Positions 26,128 through 29,900 of a DNA stretch of 29,900 nucleotides are shown piece by piece. The notes below the pieces were generated by a model, which searched no databases, was not told the DNA's origin, and saw only the letters and a list, made by a program, of their open reading frames with translations. The position numbers and the translations under genes were made by a program. Source of the stretch: a virus; the IMG/VR virus record IMGVR_UViG_3300021091_000286. One strand, written 5' to 3'. The first letter of the stretch is position 1. Each line of letters begins with the position of its first letter.

Positions 26128-27102
26128 TTATTTACCATATAACTTTTTAACAAGGGGAGACTCCCAAACAGTAGTATTTTTATATACTCTTTTTACTTTT
26201 AAAGGATCATTATGAAAGTGCAATGTATTATCTTCTCTAACTAAATCTTTTGCCAATTGTTCCCATTTTTCTTTGCCAAAAAGTTTAACTCCACTTGACC
26301 ATATTTCTGTTTCTTCCACCTCGTGTTTAATATAACATCTGCAGAAGTACTTTTCGCCATTTTGTACAACGCCAACACCATGAAAATATGGATGAGTACC
26401 CGGAAACAATGGAGACCCAGAAGGAAAAACGACTATATCACCGGCTTTTGGCTTATATGTTATGAGATCTCCATCAATAAAAAATCTAAGTTCACCACCA
26501 TCATAGTCATCGTTAATATAAGTTGTACATGTTATGAAAAATTTATCACTAGGCCAATACCATTCTGATATATTAAAATCAGTATGATAGTTCATAGATA
26601 AATCTCTAATACTTTTGCCATTGCTTTTGCACTCATCGCTTGGCTCAACATGATGGACGCCAATTACAACATCCGAAATATACTTTGCGTAGTTTGGGTT
26701 GGTAATGTAAGAATTTTTTGGTAATGTTATTTTATTTTTTTCCACGTAACTAGTACATGCAATAGTCACTGCTGTTCTTATTGCATTGCTTGCATGTATC
26801 TCTTCATTGAAAATGATTTCTTCTTGATAACGTAGAACATCAGTCAAATCAGGATTAAGATGATTGGTCACCCTATCCTGAACCGCTAGGTGCATGGGCT
26901 TTTCGTCCATATAGCTACCAAAAACAAACCAGTCTTTCCACTTGTCAAAAAAGTATTTACCATTTTGTTCTTCATTTACTTTTCTTGATTCAGATTCCCT
27001 TAAAGTGTCATATATCCTATCAAGTTGATCAAGCATATTTGAATAAACAAAAATTAATGGATAAATTTCTTTGTAGTCTAAATTTAGATTAGTTATTTTC
27101 AT
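26128..27102 (-). CDS. 2OG-Fe(II) oxygenase / prolyl-4-hydroxylase-like
   Basis: HTDFNISEWYWP...TTYINDDYDGGELRFF...KPKAGDIVVFPS...HGVGVVQNGEKYFCRCYI. Confidence 0.8.
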   Translation of the reverse strand: MKITNLNLDYKEIYPLIFVYSNMLDQLDRIYDTLRESESRKVNEEQNGKYFFDKWKDWFVFGSYMDEKPMHLAVQDRVTNHLNPDLTDVLRYQEEIIFNEEIHASNAIRTAVTIACTSYVEKNKITLPKNSYITNPNYAKYISDVVIGVHHVEPSDECKSNGKSIRDLSMNYHTDFNISEWYWPSDKFFITCTTYINDDYDGGELRFFIDGDLITYKPKAGDIVVFPSGSPLFPGTHPYFHGVGVVQNGEKYFCRCYIKHEVEETEIWSSGVKLFGKEKWEQLAKDLVREDNTLHFHNDPLKVKRVYKNTTVWESPLVKKLYGK

Positions 27103-27740
27103 ATGATTTTATTGAATCTACTTAAAGTGTAAAAATTTGTTACACAGTATTTTACCCCATCTGTAATGGGATCTGTTCGATGAAAGGTCAACGCATCAAA
27201 AAAAATCACAGAGTTTTTTAAAGGCGAATAAACAAGCGTGGGTTCTTTTTCTCGTTCTTGAAAAAATAAATTTCCACCATGAAAATCATCGTTTAAATAT
27301 AAAATAGAAGACAAATGAACTGTTTGCTTATTGTGAGTAATAACCCATTCTGATTCTGAATCCCAATCTTTATGAAAACCTATGTATTGTCCTTTTTCGT
27401 ATTTGATAATCGTATCCCCTATTTGCGCTAACGTGCGCTGATTATATCTCTCCGCTATAGTTAATTCGTTTTTAATTTTAATATATGCATTTATTATTGC
27501 TGTTTTCGTTTCTAAATCTTGTTCATTGTCAAATGCCATAGTACATTCTTCCAAAGAAGAAAGATGTTCTTGTGGATCATTTATATAATAGGCCCTTAGC
27601 ATTGTTGGCTGAGCATCTTTTTCTGAATCTATTTTATATTGTTCTTTATTTAAATAAAAATATTGATGAGGCATGAAACGCAGTAAGTGTTCAATAAAAT
27701 TAGATGGTAAATAATCATAGTGTATAAAAGTAGAATACAT
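27099..27740 (-). CDS. 2OG-Fe(II) oxygenase
   Basis: YIGFHKDWDSESEW...LSSILYLNDDFHGGNLFF...VYSPLKNSVIFFDALTFHRTDPITDGVKYCVTNFY. Confidence 0.8.
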   Translation of the reverse strand: MYSTFIHYDYLPSNFIEHLLRFMPHQYFYLNKEQYKIDSEKDAQPTMLRAYYINDPQEHLSSLEECTMAFDNEQDLETKTAIINAYIKIKNELTIAERYNQRTLAQIGDTIIKYEKGQYIGFHKDWDSESEWVITHNKQTVHLSSILYLNDDFHGGNLFFQEREKEPTLVYSPLKNSVIFFDALTFHRTDPITDGVKYCVTNFYTLSRFNKII

Positions 27741-28334
27741 TTATGCTGCTTCCCAGTGAAAATTGGCTCTCATCTTTTGATGATCGACTACACTTGGATC
27801 AACCCACCAATCTTCGTGATGAATTCTTCTTATTAGTGTATAACCAAAAGAATCAAGTATATGTCTTTGTACATCCCTTGTAATAGAATTTTTATAATAC
27901 ATGTTTGCATCGTGTTCGAAAACTATAACAGTAAACCTATACTGAGAAAGGGGAACGGTTATCAGGCCTTGCAATGTAGTATAAGGATCCATAGGCCTCA
28001 TGCTTGGGTAATATCCGCCGTCAATATCAACTTGTAAATAATCAATTTGTTTAGGAAAATTATTATCTTGAAAATAATTTATATAATTAAATTTTAACGC
28101 GTCTCCATAACATGGATTTTTTCTATTTTCTTGAAATTCCATTCTTCTTTCTTCAACTATCTCAAAAGAAACTCCATTCCATCCAAAATTTTTCTCTAAA
28201 CAATACGTATTACTTCCATTTTTTGAATGAAAAGCGCCCAACTCTACGTAGTGTCCACCCTCTTTGAATCCAGACATTTCTAAGGCAAAGCGCTCTTGCT
28301 CGCTCATGCTTATTTTATTATTGCTCATCATCAA
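27741..28334 (-). CDS. FkbM-like SAM-dependent methyltransferase
   Basis: GGHYVELGAFHSKNGSNTYCLEKNFGWNGVSFEIVEER ... IDYLQVDIDG ... VIVFEHD. Confidence 0.65.
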   Translation of the reverse strand: MMMSNNKISMSEQERFALEMSGFKEGGHYVELGAFHSKNGSNTYCLEKNFGWNGVSFEIVEERRMEFQENRKNPCYGDALKFNYINYFQDNNFPKQIDYLQVDIDGGYYPSMRPMDPYTTLQGLITVPLSQYRFTVIVFEHDANMYYKNSITRDVQRHILDSFGYTLIRRIHHEDWWVDPSVVDHQKMRANFHWEAA

Positions 28335-28689
28335 CTACTTTATTCCATAATTCAAAATATTCATCAGAGCTAATAAGTTTGGCAACTTCAGCAACACGGT
28401 CGGTGCTTGTCAAGGTTGATCTTTCATTTGATGCAATGGGAGAGTCAAGCTTGAAGTCCGTTACCACTTTCAAAACTGTCTCTACGATTTCCTCTATGGC
28501 CCCTGACGGTTCCAGCAAATGAAACATCAGTATATTTAACTTGTTAAGATTGTCAGTTATGGCTATTGCCACTCTATGAGCATCAGCGTGAGCAACGGCG
28601 TGGCTTGTTAGTATGGTATAAAATTTAATATAATTTTGCGTATAACTATTTTGTTTGTCTTTCATACTATACATTATAGCAGAAGTCAA
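28318..28689 (-). CDS. hypothetical protein
   Basis: 123-aa minus-strand ORF overlapping the methyltransferase start. Confidence 0.6.
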   Translation of the reverse strand: MTSAIMYSMKDKQNSYTQNYIKFYTILTSHAVAHADAHRVAIAITDNLNKLNILMFHLLEPSGAIEEIVETVLKVVTDFKLDSPIASNERSTLTSTDRVAEVAKLISSDEYFELWNKVVDDEQ

Positions 28690-28699
28690 ATTATAGACT

Positions 28700-29392
28700 C
28701 TACATTTTTTCCTTATCTCTTAGTCTATTTTTACTTGCAGCTATAGAAACAGCCAACCCAGCTGCAGCAGCGCTGCCATACAATATAGACTTCCTAGTAG
28801 CAAATTTTCTAATAACATTATATCCTGATGCGGATTTTACTTTACTTTCAAGATATTCTCTGGTTGACAGTGATGCTCCAACTGTGCTTTGAATACTAGC
28901 CTGCGGAGTTACGGCCTGTTGAATATTTTCAATAGTCGGCAGAATGCTCTTTCTCTCTAGATTTCTTGGAGTATTTTGAGCACTTTCTTCAATGGCGGAC
29001 AATACTTTCTTTCTATTAAATTCCTCAAACGAATCGTCATCGAGTTTGCGACCAGAAGCACGACTGGCTTCTCGCTTAAGACGTTTATATTCTTTAGACT
29101 TCTTGCTTAGGTTTTTTAATTTTTTTCCTGCTTTAACTTTTTTTGGTTGAGGCTCATTTAATCTACGTGAAACGTTTTTTTCAGAAAAAAAGTCCTGATC
29201 TTCAGACAATTCCATCGTCGATCTTGGATCGGTTAGATCGTCTATGTCAAGTATGTTATCTCTCGGAACTCTTGAATCGTCTGCATTTAAAATATCATCT
29301 ACGGTTCTAGTATTATTGCCTGGAGATAAACTATTGTCTAGAGATAAAGTATTTAAATCTATAGGGTCTACTTGCGGATTTTTTTTAGGCAA
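28700..29392 (-). CDS. hypothetical basic/acidic protein with C-terminal hydrophobic helix
   Basis: 230 aa; KKLKNLSKKSKEYKRLKREASR and ILYGSAAAAGLAVSIAASK near the C-terminus. Confidence 0.65.
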   Translation of the reverse strand: MPKKNPQVDPIDLNTLSLDNSLSPGNNTRTVDDILNADDSRVPRDNILDIDDLTDPRSTMELSEDQDFFSEKNVSRRLNEPQPKKVKAGKKLKNLSKKSKEYKRLKREASRASGRKLDDDSFEEFNRKKVLSAIEESAQNTPRNLERKSILPTIENIQQAVTPQASIQSTVGASLSTREYLESKVKSASGYNVIRKFATRKSILYGSAAAAGLAVSIAASKNRLRDKEKM

Positions 29393-29426
29393 AAGACACC
29401 TCTCTTTGTTAGTTTAAAATAATTTA

Positions 29427-29459
29427 TTTGTTACTATTATATATGTTTATAGTAACAAA
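29427..29459. repeat. inverted repeat in divergent promoter region
   Basis: TTTGTTACTAT - 11-nt spacer - ATAGTAACAAA, exact 11-bp arms between divergent CDSs. Confidence 0.75.
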
Positions 29460-29500
29460 AAAAAACACAATGCTTAATTAATTTTTATTGGAGTATAATT

Positions 29501-29758
29501 ATGGAACAATTAAAGAATATATTACTCAGAATAGTTGCAACCTTTGCTGCATCAGGGTTGGGTGTGGTTGGTGCGGGAACAATAGCCGGGGTGCCGATTT
29601 GGAAGGCTGTATTTATGGCTGGCATTGCTGGTGTGGCTACAGTTGTGGAAGGATTGTCGCGTGCATTCTTGGACGATGGCAAGCTCAGTGCTAAAGAAAT
29701 TAACGAAGTATTCAACAAGGTGGACAAGAAGGCAAAGAAAGTCGCTGATGCAGAATGA
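29501..29758 (+). CDS. small membrane protein, possible holin
   Basis: 85 aa; two hydrophobic stretches (NILLRIVATFAASGLGVVGAGTIAG / AVFMAGIAGVATVVEG) and charged C-terminus; SD TGGAG. Confidence 0.5.
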   Translation: MEQLKNILLRIVATFAASGLGVVGAGTIAGVPIWKAVFMAGIAGVATVVEGLSRAFLDDGKLSAKEINEVFNKVDKKAKKVADAE

Positions 29759-29900
29759 AAAAAGCGATAGTGACGGTGGCTATTTTGCTTTTATCTGGAT
29801 GTGGATACGATGGAAGTTATCGTTACTCATGTCAAGATCCCATAAACTGGAAAAATGAAGAGTGCAATCCGCCGATATGCAAAGTTGATGGTGCGTGCTC
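29755..29900 (+). CDS. small lipoprotein (partial, runs off the window)
   Basis: MKKAIVTVAILLLSGCGYDGSYRYSCQDPINWKNEECNPPICKVDGAC; lipobox LSGC; resembles small lipoproteins seen in T4-like cyanophage genomes; ATGA overlap with the previous gene. Confidence 0.65.
   Translation, partial: MKKAIVTVAILLLSGCGYDGSYRYSCQDPINWKNEECNPPICKVDGAC

Overview
The window looks like part of a large, AT-rich tailed-phage-like genome. It has dense operons with strong Shine-Dalgarno (SD) sequences, four tRNAs, an SSB, a family-4-like uracil-DNA glycosylase, a thermonuclease, two 2OG-Fe(II) oxygenases, a FkbM-like methyltransferase, and a possible holin/lipoprotein pair. No terminase, capsid, tail or polymerase hallmark was seen, so 'phage' is an inference. 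The most notable content is a putative virus-encoded ubiquitin-like pathway. The core cassette (about 4.8-11.3 kb) contains, in order: an E2-like protein fused to a Cys-rich Zn region, a JAMM/JAB isopeptidase fused to Zn clusters, a ThiF/E1-like protein, a small ubiquitin-like protein ending ...HRRAGEKG|NI, and a CDC48/Ycf46-like AAA+ ATPase. The first four resemble the PRTRC family set. About 3-5 kb downstream are two more proteins that appear to carry diverged E2-like motifs. At 20.3 kb there is an Ntn-hydrolase with clear proteasome-beta/HslV signatures, and at 3.5 kb a putative M50-like membrane metalloprotease (HELGH). Together these suggest a virus-encoded tagging/untagging/unfolding/proteolysis network, which is a testable hypothesis and not shown by sequence alone. 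Secondary observations are a CDS whose stop codon lies inside tRNA-Arg, a 19-bp hairpin after the tRNA pair, a 20-bp perfect palindrome, a likely frameshift in an ART-like gene at about 24.08 kb, and several tiny ORFs missing from the ORF track.
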